Of a stretch of 64,000 nucleotides of DNA, positions 22,401 to 35,696 are shown piece after piece. Positions within the stretch are counted from its first letter, which is position 1. Each line of letters starts with the position of its first letter. The notes below the pieces were generated by a model. That model worked only from the letters and a program-made list of their open reading frames with translations, was not told the DNA's origin and ran no database searches. Both the position numbers and the translations under genes were made by a program. This DNA comes from Eledone cirrhosa (Eukaryota), in assembly GCA_964016885.1 (NCBI GenBank), contig CAXHJY010001040.1, positions 1 through 64,000 on the forward strand. Reading direction: 5' to 3'.

Positions 22401-24861
22401 ATATGTTTCCTTAGAAACCAAACATAGAATTAAAAACAAAAGTGTTAAGACTAAGAAAAGAGATAGTTGGAGAAGATTACTTGATGAGCAAAGCAAAATT
22501 TGAAGTTAGTATAAATCCTTAAAATCCTGCACTTTTAAAATTAATACTACATTATAACATGAAAAAAAGAAAGAAAATGTAGCAGAAAGAAAAAGAAAAA
22601 GAGAAAAGATCTTTTTAACCAATGTACCAGGTACAAGTCAAACAATGTTTTAACTCAATCTCCATTTTGTCACAAAGATCCATACAATTACAATGTTGGG
22701 TATAAAGCAAAAAGTATAACAATTAAAATTAGTTTTAGAAAATGTAAATGTATGATGTATATAAAAAAACTGACAAAGATGGAGTCTTTTTGATATTCTG
22801 ATAAAAGAAAAAAAAAAGCGACCTAACAGGGGAATATACAAATTCAAGTAGATCATAAAAATCTAGTATCAATGTTGATGACTGATTTATAAGTAGGCTG
22901 CTGTTCCTTATATTTTCTTATATGCTGCTGTTTTGATTGTCATACTTACATGTCTGTATGTGCAGTATCACTTGGGTGACTGTAAGCACTGCAATGACTT
23001 ACTATCATTTCAAACCAATAATAAACTGCACTAAATATTAGCATAAAGTCTTATCAAAACAATGTTAAAGAAAAATTAAAATAAAAAATTCTACAAGGCA
23101 CTACTTAACAAAATCTTGAACCATTCTGAAGCAAAGTGAAACAATATTAATTTAGTTATTAAACCCTGTCAGAAGCAAAATATAATTATTAGTATAATTA
23201 CTGTTGCTGTTCTTGGTGTTACAGAAACAATGGAGGAAACAAAACTTATAGACCAACATCTCAAATGCTTACCTTCAAATTCGATAGTTTACAATGAAAG
23301 CTTAATCATAAATTTATTTTAAATTTCAAATAAAACCAGAACAATACTGACATAGGTATAACTGATAAAATAAGCAAAATATTGCTTTACCTTATGGTAA
23401 AAACGATAAGCAAATAAAAATAGTTCTGATACAAATGTGAACAGAAATGTAGGAAAAGAAATTAAGAAAAGAATCATTTCCTACATGCACACACACATGC
23501 ACAAAATTTTAACTTGTATGAAAAAATAATCAGAAAAATTAATTTCACACAATTTAAAATTCTAATTTATTTCAATTAAACAATATCAGGATCTGGTTTA
23601 TAATGATTTTTGTATTTCAATATAAAATTACTTCACTATAAGCCAAAATCTAATTACAAAAGCCTTTTACTAGTATATCTAAATTTATTAACATAAAATA
23701 ATCAGATGATAACCACGATAACCACCAAACAAAACATTACTTAACATTAACTTTTAATATTCTGAAGTCTTTCTGCATCAGGTCATATAAAAAGAGTTCT
23801 AGTATGAGCAAAAATTCATTTATTAATACAACCTTAATGTAAAATGATTTAATAATTGGGAAAACTATTATACTTGTTCCATACAGGAGAAACCTTTAAT
23901 GTTAGAGGTAAATAGTTACGCATAAATACATAACTGCTATTACAAGATTCATTTATAGAGGGGGGGGAAAAAGCAAAGGACAAATTAATAAAATCATTGT
24001 TAAATAAACAACTGCAACAATAAACGTCTATAAAGACAAGTATATCCTGATAAGAATATTTATTTGAATTCTAAGCATCATACACTTTGTAGAGAATGCG
24101 ATTGATGCAAGCTATTCAAAAACAGTAGAGACATTGTCAATAGTAATGAAGAGAACAAAACAACTGATGTTTTGTAAGTTCTTTTTTATCAAAGCAAATT
24201 TTTATTTTTTTATTTTTTTATTTTTTATTATAGTTCAGATTTCCAAGCCTCTCAGTTAATTTTACCACAGACATAAATTGCTAAAACCTTACTAGAGATT
24301 ATCATAGGTATAAAACTAAAAACATAACCCTAATAAAGTTAAGAGCTTTTAGCCATCCTAAAGTCAAATCCAAAACTTTCAATTTTGCCTTAAATTGTGT
24401 TTTTCAAAACTCCTGTATGACTGCTATGAGTTGCAACCAGTAGATAGTATCAGCAATGGAAAGACCAATGGAAACATTGTTTCCTTGGCCAGATTTGATG
24501 AGTTCCACCTCACTCGGTAAGCGAATGAGGTCTTGGATCTTGTCAATCAATTTCCCTATTCCCCTATGTATGCCTCAGTACAAATTTATATCAAATATTA
24601 AGCAAGTTATGAATTTAGAGAAACACTTCTCTTTCAAAAATAAATGACTGAGCAAATATTGAGATTAGTGGCATGTATAACAATTCTGAATTAGTTTGCA
24701 ATTTAAGAGGGATTCATTATTTTAATAAGTTAGAGCTCATAGAATGAACAACTATGAACACAGTTAACTTAAAGTTAGGAGTGCTCTCGATTTTCTAACA
24801 AAAATATTTTACTAACATCAAGTGAAATCGAGATAACTACATATAAACTATATCATAAATG

Positions 24862-25078
24862 ATTTCTAATTTTGTTACAAAGCCAGCAAATTTGGGGGAT
24901 GGGGAAAGTCGATTAAATCAACCCTAGTACTTGACTGGTGCTATATTTTATTGACCTCAGAAGGATGAAAGACAAAGTTGACCTTAATCGGATTTGAACT
25001 CAGAATGTAAAGAGCCAGAACAAATACCGCTATGACATTTTATCCGACATTCTACGAATTATGCCAATCCACCACTTT
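24862..25078 (-). mobile_element. Older SINE family A-related copy
   Basis: GGATGAAAGACAAAGTTGACCTT...GATTTGAACTCAGAATGTAAAG. Confidence 0.65.
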
Positions 25079-25965
25079 ATTATAATTGCACACAGTTAAT
25101 GATACAGAAAATTCTACAAACTATCTTACAAGTGAGTAAAGACAGATCTTGTTTATGGAATATTGAGTGAAAACAACTCAAAGTTGATAAGGAATAAAAA
25201 TCAATGAAAACGTTTGAAGTCAGATGAGGCTTTTTTGTGCTGGGAAACTACAATCCATATTTTGTAGCGTATTTAGTTGGAGAAAAAAAAACACTCCCTC
25301 TATAAATCAATGAGTGCCTTTTACTTAAATATTTTTAAACAGCTTTTTGGGTGTGTTTGGTCTTTGATTCCCACTCCTGCTCTTCCTGACTTGAACACAA
25401 CCATTTCCCTCTGTCTGATTTGAGACATTGGCTCTTTCTATAATCATTCTTCAATTCTAGCTTCCTCTGCTTCTCATAGCTGATTATCTCACATACCCCC
25501 TCCCATATAGCTCTTCACTTTAATTCCTTCCTTATTTACTATTCTATAGCCAACACCACTTTCTCTCTCCCTCAAGCTGAAGGCCAAGGTTTCAACTAGA
25601 TGTATTCCTTAACTGACTCTTCCCCAAACTCTCCTGTAAAATGGAGTATGATGTGAATGTCACAGAGAAGGAAAATTAGGAAAATAAAGAGAACTACAAC
25701 CAAATTATTTAATGAATTGGAGGAACTTATTACACTTTAATAAAGTAACCCCAGAGCATATGAAATGGTCAAAAAAATGCACCAATTCTTCAAATTGAGA
25801 AAATTTGTTTTATTTTTTTTTCATTTGTATATTCAAAAAATAAATTTATTATCAATCAAAATTGGAGCTAAATTCCAGGCCAGGCAAAAAATCTGTATAT
25901 GCACTACAGATCCCAGATGAAGTTAACAGCTCCTCATCACTATAACTCTAGAGTAAAAAACAAAA

Positions 25966-26006
<41 letters not shown>

Positions 26007-26720
26007 AAATAAAGATTAAGGGAAAGAAAAGTGATTGACTCAAGTTTAAAATTTGAGATAACTAAAGTGCAGTGAAAAAAAGTACAGAGTGAGATGTGAG
26101 CAAAAGCAAATTTAACTTTCTTTAAAGAAGAAAATTTACATCAGGAGTCATTTATTTTTATAACTGAACTTTGCCTCCACATGGCAACTATGCTCATCTG
26201 TCTAACTATGCATGCATAAAGTCATGCACACACACACATACACACATATATATATGAACTCACACATGTTCATGCACATAGACCTCATATGCAGATGCAT
26301 CTATATGTGTACGACATAGAACAGTTGAAACACAAACAAAATTCTATACATATCAGGGAAGGGTAAAAAAAAAGGGCTGACGATAGGGGATTTTAGGAAG
26401 AATAAAGAGGTATTGACATAATCCCAAAATTGAATTTTGAGTTGGAGGATTACACAGTATTACTGTATTGGAAGATAGTAGTAGTGGGGGGAAAGACAAA
26501 AAAGATCACAGCTTGTATATTTGGAACAGTTCTCAGCCACATCCATATTAGCAACCTCTTGTCTGCAGATTCTTCTCATTCTTGATCTTTCGCAATATTT
26601 CTTATTCATGTATGACATTATTGTCTCTCATTTGTTTGGTTTTAAAGTTGGTTTTGGGTTTTTTTACCTTTCATTTTCTGGAATGTGTTGAGAGGAAAGC
26701 AAATATTATTTTGGGTTCAC

Positions 26721-26795
26721 TCACATTATCGAACACTGGTCACCAGAATGAGACAACTTTGGAAAACCGTTTGCATCAAATTCCAATCCAGGTGC
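26721..26795 (-). CDS. PEX19: PEX19 last coding exon: APGLEFDANGFPKLSHSGDQCSIM* (CaaX prenylation signal)
   Basis: TTTCAG acceptor, 75 nt ending in TGA. PGLxFD motif and terminal CSIM CaaX box as expected for farnesylated PEX19. Confidence 0.93.
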   Translation of the reverse strand, partial: APGLEFDANGFPKLSHSGDQCSIM

Positions 26796-26842
26796 CTGAA
26801 AGTACAGGAAAGCAATATAGGATGAAGTATTGCAAAGAATAA

Positions 26843-26955
26843 TAATTGTTTCTACTATTGGCACAAGGCCAGCAATTACCCAGTACATTACTGGTACTTT
26901 ATTTTCTCGACCCCGTAAGGATGAAAGGCAAAGTTAACCTCGGCGGGATTTGAAC
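26843..26955 (-). mobile_element. Truncated SINE family A in the last PEX19 intron
   Basis: Near identical to 11377-11490. Confidence 0.8.
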
Positions 26956-26977
26956 GATGCAGTTAGTGCAGCATCTT

Positions 26978-27227
26978 TTAACCCTTTTGTTATTGTATTT
27001 CTAATGAAATACACTGCCTATGTGTATTGATTAATTTTGAAAATTTGAAGAATATAATGAGAATTAATCTTTTGATTTTAAGTTGATGTTTGAAACATTA
27101 CTTAATAAAAGTTTCTTGAATAAAATTATGATGGAAGGTTTTAATATAAATACAAACATTTTAAAATGAGAAGTTGTGTATCATAAAATGATGGCGGTTT
27201 CATGTGGGTTGGTATCAAAAGGTTTAA
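26978..27227. mobile_element. TTAA-flanked piggyBac-like MITE
   Basis: TTAA|CCCTTT...AAAAGGT|TTAA. Related copies at about 48851-49075 and 60707-60963 share AAATTATGATGGAAGGTTTT; a diverged reverse copy is at about 34194-34425. Confidence 0.6.
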
Positions 27228-27356
27228 AAGCATGAGATGTTTTATTTTTCATTACATATAAAAAAAAAAGAGTGTAATAAATTAATCATCCACTACCAAA
27301 TAAGACAAACACTAAGTAATAGTGATAATGAAAACAATATAAATAATAAAACTTAC

Positions 27357-27401
27357 CATCTCACCAAGTATTTCTTTAGGAGGTTGCCCTAATTCTTGCA
27401 T
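27357..27401 (-). CDS. PEX19: PEX19 coding exon: MQELGQPPKEILGEM
   Basis: TTTTCAG acceptor, GTAAGT donor, 45 nt. Matches the conserved (L/M)QxLGxPPKE motif. Confidence 0.93.
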
Positions 27402-27956
27402 CTGAAAAATATGGAGAGCATTATTTTGTATGAAAGTAAGGCTATCATGAAATATTTAATATTATCATTATCGTTTAGTGTCCATTTAAGCTAGTATGGG
27501 TAGGACGGGCTGTCCTTTTGGGAGAGATCAGGTTGGAGGAGCGTATTTCGCTCATACAGGGCTGATTAATATCACTATTTAAAATTAGTATTCATTTATT
27601 TTTTTAATTTTCCTAGTTGGACGAATTTAAAAACTGAAGAGGTTTCCTAATTTTTTTTTACTCTCTGTTATTTGTATTTGGTTCCTTTAGAGCATTGGGT
27701 CAAAAGATCTCTCTGTTTTGCATGGTTGCAAGCCTTGTCACAAGCCTGCTCCTAGACCAGGTATCTGTTCATCATTTCTGTAGCTGTTTTGATTAATGGA
27801 AGTAAGGTTGCAAGCCGCATGTTCCATCTTTCTTCTCTTCCCAACACAGGCTGAAAACTAACCTAGTCTTTCAAAGTCAAGGAGCGGATTCCTTAAAGAA
27901 AAAAGCAAAAGAGAGAGTGAGAGAGGGAGTATATGTGTTTAAAAAGATGTTCTTAC

Positions 27957-28133
27957 TTCTTGCATGAACTCTAGGATCTTATTAAATCTATCATTTTTAA
28001 CATCATCACTATCTGTGGTTGTTTCTTTCTCAAACTCATTACAAATTGTCTTCATCAGAGTATACTGATGTTTATAGTTCTCGATCAATCCTCTGTCTGT
28101 CTTTCCAGAATTTTCCTCCAGCCACTTAGGATA
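27957..28133 (-). CDS. PEX19: PEX19 coding exon: YPKWLEENSGK...CNEFEKE...RFNKILEFMQE
   Basis: TTGCAG acceptor, GTAAGA donor, 177 nt. YPxWL...Y..Q...IC..FE...RF..I...MQ pattern of the Pex19 C-terminal domain. Confidence 0.95.
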
Positions 28134-28466
28134 CTGCAAAGAAAAGCAAAATATTATTTAAATACTACATTGCAAATATACACAGCATTCAAATATCTCA
28201 ACTAACACATTACTATGAACTGATAAATTCATAGGTTTGAATTGTTTCTTTTTATAGTTCAAGTAGAGCCACGAGTTTTAAGAAGTTTGATTTGAAATCA
28301 TATAATTTCAGGTTCAGTCTCACTGCATTGTACCTTTGGGTGAGAGTTTTCTACTATAACTCTGGGATGACATCCATTGTGTACATACATACATACATAC
28401 ATACACACATATACATATCTCCACACACACATATATATATTCATTTTATTAAGACTAAATAGAGAG

Positions 28467-28516
28467 TCTTGTTACTCAGGAGTTTCACCTGTTTATGACA
28501 GGATCATCAGCCAAGA
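28467..28516 (-). ncRNA. Minimal type I hammerhead ribozyme motif (sense to PEX19)
   Basis: Minus strand UCUUGG-CUGAUGA-U-CCUGU-CAUAA-ACAGG-U-GAAAC-UCCUGA-GUA^ACAAGA. The core is intact, stems II and III pair, and stem I has one mismatch next to the core. Confidence 0.65.
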
Positions 28517-28640
28517 ATTAACATTTCAATGGCAGGCTCAGTATAAATAATGAAGACTTACATATATAGGACAGTAGCACTAAGACAGTGTTTAAGCATA
28601 ATAGGGGTATATATGAAAGCATATACTATATATATATATA

Positions 28641-31266
28641 GTGTTGAGTGTGACCTTCAATGGAAACCCAAGACTGACAGTCATCTCAGCCTATAGTCCA
28701 ACCAAGGGAGACAGTGATGTGAGTGCGGAAGAGTTCCATGAGGAGGTGTGTAGAGCTGTCAACACCACACAAGCACACAAGATCCTGCTTGTTTTGGGGG
28801 AGTTCAATGCACATCTGAGTAAGGAGGCCAGTAAAGATCCTTGCTGGTACTTCCATAACAGCACCAACCGAAATGGAAGACTACTGAGAGACACCCTGCT
28901 GGAGGCGAACTTGATAGCGACCAACCTAAGGTTTAGGAAGAATCCGGGGAAGATGTGGACCTACATCTCAGATATGCACCTGTCCAAGTCCCAGATTGAT
29001 TTCATTCTGGTGAGGAAAAAGTGGCAGAATAGTGTTCTGAACACAGAACCATACAACTATTTCAGTACACTGGGTAGTGACCACCGGCTTGTTATGAGTG
29101 AGGTCCGGGTGAGCTTAAGAAAGAGCAAGGCTCAGCCCTGGAGAGCAATCTATGACTGGGGAGCTTTCAAGGAAGATAAGCTACAGGAGAGGTTCACAGT
29201 GGAAGTGAGGAACAGGTTCAGTGCTCTGTGTGGAGAGACAGAGGAGAGAGATTGGAGGGACTGAGGAGAGTGTGACGAGGAGGTACGGGCATTTCACCAA
29301 TGCAGTGGCGGAAGCAAGTGAGACCCTGGTGCCGAGGAAAAAGAACAAAAGGAAGCACGTCAGCTCTGCAAATCCAAAAGTGTGTGCAGCCAGAGAACAC
29401 CTGAAAACTGCCAAGGACCAATTCTATGCTGATCCTACGGAGGAGAGGAAAGAGATTGTGGAGGTGATGAGGGAAGAACTCTGTACCGCTTACACTGAGG
29501 CCAGAGAGGAGGCACTTATAGAGAAGATCAGAAGTGTGGAGAGAGCGGTTGACAGATCTGGATGTAAGGAGAGCTGGATGATCATCAACGAGATCACAGG
29601 GAGGAAGAGAAGGTGTTTGAGTCAGATCCAGGGAACAGGGCCCGAGGATAGGAAGAGCAAATGGCTAGACCATTTTAGGACCCTACTAGGAGAGCCACCT
29701 TCCACAGCCCAGAGCACTGGGGGAGATTAGGCAGCTGTTTGGAAGAACTGGATATTGAGACAGAGCCCTTCACCAGAGAGGAGCTTCAGAGAGCCAAGAA
29801 GAAAATCAAGGAGGGCAAGGCTCATGGAGAAGATGGAGTGGCATCAGAGGTGATGAAGAGGTGTGATTTTGATGATATCATCCTGGGGTTCTGTAACCAG
29901 GCACTGGAGAAAGAAGTTACCCCGAATCAGTAACATCGTCCCAGTGCCAAAGAAGGAAGATCTCTCTAACACCAATAACTACAGGGGGATCTCACTGACG
30001 TCACTTGTGGCAAAGACCCTCAACAGGATGATTCTTAACAGGATCCAGCCTGAGATGGAGAAGAAGCTCAGGAACAACCAGAACGGCTTCAGAGAGGGAA
30101 GATCAACCACCAGTCACATCCTGATGCTGAGGAGGATATTAGAGGGAGCTAGAGCAAAGTGCCTTCCTGCGGTCATAGTTTTCATTGACCTTAGGAAGGC
30201 CTTTGATTCTGTGGACCGTCACTGCCTGATGAAGATCTTACAGGCTTATGGAATCCCCAAGAAGATAGTGGACTTGATATCACTGCTCTACACCAACACC
30301 AAAGCCCAAGTCATTATACTGATGGGATGACAGAGTTCTTTGAGATACTGGCTGGAGTGCTCCAAGGAGATACATTGACTCCCTACCTTTTTATCATCGT
30401 AGTGGACTATTGTATGCGCCTTGCACTGGAGAAACACCAGGACTCTGGCTTTACTGTAGCACCGGCTCAGAGCAGGAGAGTTAAGGCGAAAAAAATATCA
30501 GATGCTGAATTTGCCGACGACATAGTTTTGGTGTCAAATAGTGATGGAGGCAGAGGATTTGATGCAGGAGGTTGCGACAGTGTTGATGAGTGTGGGGCTG
30601 AGAATGAATGAGACTAAAACAAAATATCTGGTAGAGAATGTTGAGAAGCCAGAGGGGATCACTAATGTAGGCGGGAAGCCGCTAGAATTGGTTGAGGACT
30701 TCCTGCATTTGGGAGCAAAGATTGGGAATACGGAAGATGATGTGGTTGAGAGGAAGAGCAAAGCCTGGGTGGCGTGCCACAGCTTGGGATCGGTGTGGAA
30801 GTCGGACCTTCGTAAAGACCTGAAGATCCGCCTCTTCATTGCTGTAGTGGAGTCTGTGCTGCTGTACGGGTTTGAGACTTGGACACTGACCAAGAAACTC
30901 ACTCAGATGGTGGATGGGTGCTACACGAGAATGCTGAGGATGGCTCTGAACATTAATCAGTATACACTGAGGATGAAAAACTCAGAGCTGTATGGGAGCC
31001 TCCTAAAAGTCAGCTCAAAAGTGACACATACGAGACTGAGGTTAGCTGGACATGCTCACCGACATCCAGAGTTGACATTGCACTCACTGCTCCTGTGGGA
31101 GCCCCTATATGGACACACTGGAAGAGGAAGACTAAGGTTAACGTATGTTGATGCCCTAAGGACAGACACTGGTCTGTTGGAGATGCAGGATATGGCAGCG
31201 ATAATGAGGGACAGAGACCGCTGGAGAGAACTCGTCCATGTATCTCGGGAATTTTACCCGCTCTAG
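28641..31266 (+). mobile_element. 5'-truncated RTE-clade LINE (partial APE endonuclease + RT), a few frameshifts
   Basis: VISAYSPT, LGEFNAH, SQIDFIL, GSDHRLV (endonuclease); NYRGISL, QNGFR, FIDLRKAFDSV, GVLQGDTL, FADDI, LLYGFETWTL (RT), split over six ORFs. Antisense to PEX19. Confidence 0.95.
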
Positions 31267-31268
31267 AA

Positions 31269-31651
31269 TACTATATGTTTATATACTATAAACATATGAG
31301 AGCCACACTTTCAAAGAAAAAATATTTTTTCATTACAAAAAACAGATAAATAATTTTTTGTAATGCCAATTAATTACAACCAGCCAAGTTCACACTATAT
31401 GCAAATGAGCATATCAAGCAAATTCCCTATAGACACTAGTCTATTTCCATGTCAGTATTAGTTGAGTGAATATCACTGATGAAAAATTAATGAATCTTGA
31501 AACAACACTGTCTGGCATTCTCATCTGCTACTGACAAATATGTGGTGTGTTTACAAAGTAAAAAAGAGAAAAACAATTTTTGCATAACAAAAAAATATTT
31601 TTCTTTTGATAGCGAGGCTCCCATATGTTTATTGTATATAAACACATAGTA
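31269..31651. mobile_element. About 380-bp element with ~70-bp imperfect terminal inverted repeats and an internal hammerhead motif
   Basis: TACTATATGTTTATATACTATAAACATATGAGAGCC... is inverted at ...GGCTCCCATATGTTTATTGTATATAAACACATAGTA. Confidence 0.7.
31451..31535 (+). ncRNA. Type I hammerhead ribozyme motif with extended stem I
   Basis: GAAUAUCA-CUGAUGA-AAAAUU-AAUG-AAUCUU-GAAAC-AACACU-GUC^UGGCAUUC. An outer helix GUCAGUA/UACUGAC extends stem I. Confidence 0.65.
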
Positions 31652-32933
31652 CAATGTTTGTTTCAAAAGTAAGAGTACTGATATTTCATTTAAATGTATA
31701 TTAGACGTACATGAAATTACAAGTCATCTCCTTCAAAATAAGACCCTTGGAAAGTCACACTGTGGTTCCAACGTTTTTTCCATTGATTGTAGTAATACTG
31801 AAAGTAATTTTCTGTGAATGTTCTTAGCTCGTTGGTTACAATTTTTTGTATGTTTTCCACAGTCCCAAAAATGACCCTTCAGCTTCAATTTCAACTTAGG
31901 GAAGAGTGGGAATGTTTTTCTTCACCAGAAATTCTCTAATTGAAAGTGCTGTATGAGCAGGCGTATTATTATGGTGCAGTACCAAATCTCCAGCAATGTC
32001 CTTTTGGACTTGCTGGATCCATTTTAGAAGTTGTTCCAAGGTGCCATTAATTGTTGGTCCTGGGGGTAAAAATTCTTTGTGAACAATACCATGGCTGTTG
32101 AAAAAAATGATAACCATTGTTTTCACCCAGGACCTGCTCATGCATGCTTTCTTCAGATGAGTAGAATTTTTTGTGCACCACTCTTCACTTTGCTGTTTGA
32201 TCTTTGGATCATACTCCAACACCCATGATTCACCTCCTGTTATTACTTTATCAAAGAAATTTGGCTCAATTTCGAGTCTTTCTAGTAAATTCTGACAAAT
32301 TTCCAACTAGTTCCCTTTTTGTTCCACTAGTTTTGCACAAATTTTTCGCATGAGCAAATGGTCTGTTAAAATTCTGTGAGCTGCACTTTCATTCAAGCCC
32401 ATTTCGTCTGCAATCATCCTAACACTTAATCGGTGATTTTTTGCCATCACCGCTTGTACCACTTCTTCATTTGCTCATTTGTTTACGAGATTGGCCTTCC
32501 AGAACAAGGTTTGGCTTCAACATTTTCTCAGCCCTCTTTGAAAGCTTTGTGCCACTTAACAACCTTACTTCTCGACAGAATGGCATCTCCATAAGCTTGT
32601 TTTTGTGGCAGATTTGTTGAGTTTCACACAAAATTTGATCATGTACCATTGTTCGATATTTTCCTGCATTGGAAACAGAGGTAATAAACACGTCTGTATA
32701 TAAACAACAATAACTCATGACTGATTCAATCAATCATGTTGAAACATGTACGTGCAACCAAGGTCATACGAAACATGTCTATAAACCTCAATGAGGTGCT
32801 GTATTATCATGTTGTATATAGAAAAATCAGTATCATTATTTTGGGTCGATAAAATAAAGTACCAGTAATGCACTGGGTAATTGCTGGCCTTGTGCCTAAA
32901 GTAGAAACAATTATTTTGGGGAGAAACCTCATA
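31650..32933 (-). mobile_element. Full-length decayed mariner (Tc1/mariner) transposon
   Basis: ORF 31896-32306 has VITG(D>G)ESWV..YDP, IFFNSHGIVHKEFLPPG, LHHNNTPAH. The imperfect TIRs CAAAAGTAAGAGTACTGATATTTC / GAAAAATCAGTATCATTATTTTG end at TA. Confidence 0.85.
32846..32909 (+). mobile_element. 5'-truncated SINE family A inserted in the mariner TIR
   Basis: Flanked by the direct repeat ATTATTTTGGG (32835-32845, 32910-32920). Confidence 0.8.
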
Positions 32934-32953
32934 TATCCTTTTACATACATCCC

Positions 32954-32994
<41 letters not shown>

Positions 32995-35696
32995 CACACA
33001 TTTATTTTATGTTTACTTTCTATGCTTGCATGTTTTAGACAGGTTGTCATATTCTGAGGTTGGACAGATCAAATGATTGCATATCATTCCTACATTCCAT
33101 TCTGACATGGTTTCTACAACTGGATGCCCTTCACAACACTACATTACACCATGTATGGGGGTGTGTTTTATCGCGGCACCAGCACTGCCACCTGACAGAG
33201 TGGCTAGGTGCTTTTTATCATGGTACTAGCAATACTATTTGGCTAGGAAAGCAATGATGGGAATGTGGAGGTTAGGGTTAAGAAAGCTACATGTTCCTTG
33301 TCGGGGTATGGGGGGGTCATCACACAGCGAGAGGCAAAAGGGGGTAGTAAGCATTGGTAACCATAGGGGTAGTCTTGAAAAGAGTCAGTAATGTGGTGTA
33401 GGGTGCACTCATCTTTCTATGCTGGCATGGTCGTATGAGGAAAGGGGAATCAGAGATGTGAATTGGGGGAGTAAGTGTTGGGTTGTGGGGGTGATCTTTT
33501 GAGAGGGACTGAGCGAGCAGCATCTGACAGTACACTTTCCAAGTTTGACTACATCCCATTTAACCACAGAGAAGGAGAGACAGGTGAAAAATATCATTCC
33601 AGTACTAAACTGGTACTTTATGAAACCCAAAATGATAAAAGTTAACGAATACAGAATTTGACCTCAGAAAATTGGAATGAATACTGCAAAGAATTAAATG
33701 CTCTAATAACACTGCCAATTTTCCACCATAAAAAGATTAACTACACTCATTACAATATAATATAATTAGGATGTCAACAATAATTTTTATATATTTGTCA
33801 TCAATAAACATTTGATTTGAATCTAAAATAGCTTTTATATTTTAAAAATCCTTCATTTTTTTCACAAATTTTGCAATCACAAACTCTCTCTTTCTCTCTC
33901 TCTCATACACACACGCACACATACGTGTGTGTGTACTAACAGTAAGACCTAGCATTGGATAAAATTTACCACCCAAGTTAGATTTGAACTCAAAGCAGAG
34001 AGAAGGTTAGGGCTAGGCAGAACAAATACAGCAAAGCATTTTGCCCTGTGTTAACAACTCTTTCAATTACCTTGATGAGAGTGAGAGATTGTCTCTGATA
34101 AGGGCTTCAAATATAAAGGTTAAATAGGATTAAAGGGCTGAGAATAGGAACAGATAATGGCATTAATTTTAGTTTAACATCTTTATACTAATTTAACTCT
34201 TATGAACTATTCCTTAACTCTTCTGAAACCAGCCCATCCCAAACCACAACTGGTTCCTATATTAATTAAAATCTTTCAACATGATTTCATATAAGAACCA
34301 TTTGTTAAGTTACAATACAAATAACAACTTAATATTGAAATAATTTTAGCAAACCCTTTACAATTCTCCATTAATTTATTGAAATACAGTGCATTTCATA
34401 AGGAATATGGGGATGAAAGGGTTAAACAGTCACAACAGGAAGATGAAGCAAGAATATTCAAAGGAAATAACAAATATTTAATATCTGGCATTCGTCACCA
34501 TCATCATCACCACCATTTTACATCTATTTTTCCATGCTTGTCACATTCTGAGGCTAGACTGAGAGGTCTGACTACTGGGTTTTGTTCATATATTCCATTT
34601 TGATATGGGTTTTATGGTTGCTAATCACTTCACAGTGTATACCAGGTCTATTATCTCCAAGCTCCAGCACTACCATTACAGAGAAGGTTGGATGCATTTT
34701 ATCGTGACATCAAAACTTCCACTTTCTAGTGTGGGAAGAACATTTATTGTGGAGAAGTACTACCATATTTCAACACTATGGCGCATGCATCCCTGGCTGG
34801 GCTGAAAGGACTGTTACATTTGTAATATTACCCCAAATATTGACTACTATTTTGACAATGAGTATTCAGTTGTTCAATGAACTGAATGCCTTTCTTGTTA
34901 GATTAACATGTAAGTAACTGAGCGTTTCACAGATATGTATATTCTTAACCTAATTCTCAGGCTTGGACCTTTAAATTACAGGTAGAATTTATATGATGGG
35001 CTTCCACACAGTTTCTGTTTGCTCAATTTCACTCACAGGCTTGAATCTACCTGAGGTTATGTTAAACACATAGTGGGATCAAACCTAGATTTATGATTTA
35101 GAAGCCTACTTCATAATCCCTAGGCTATGCTGGCATGTACACTCACTGCTTTGAGAAAAACACAAAATGGATAAAACTCATTTTGTTGTTCCTCTCTTGC
35201 ACCATAAACAATAAATTATTCTGGCAAAGATAGTTCATACATAAATGTTTATGTGATGTCTTGTCTTTACTAGAATAATTCTTCACAGAAAAAACTGTTA
35301 CAGCTTTTAGTTTCTTAATCACTATTTTACGTCCATTTTTCCATGCTGGATCGTCATGGTCTGAGATTTGAAAAGTTGAAGAACTATGACTGGCTCATAC
35401 ATTGCATATTTGGTTTGGTTTCTATGGCTGGATGCCCTTCTTAGTGCCAGCCACCTTACAGATTATACTGAGTGCATTTTATTATGGCACCAGCACTACC
35501 ACTTTACAGAGTATACTGGGTGTATTTTACTGTGACACTGGTGCACTATAACCTTAGAGTATACTTAGGTGTATTTTATCGTGTTACCAGCACAAGAGAG
35601 GTTATACACTTGGCAAAACTAAAGAGTTCTCTCTACCCTATCTTGTCTCCATTTGATTACCAACCACTTTACAATATTGCGAGAAAGGAATTTTAC

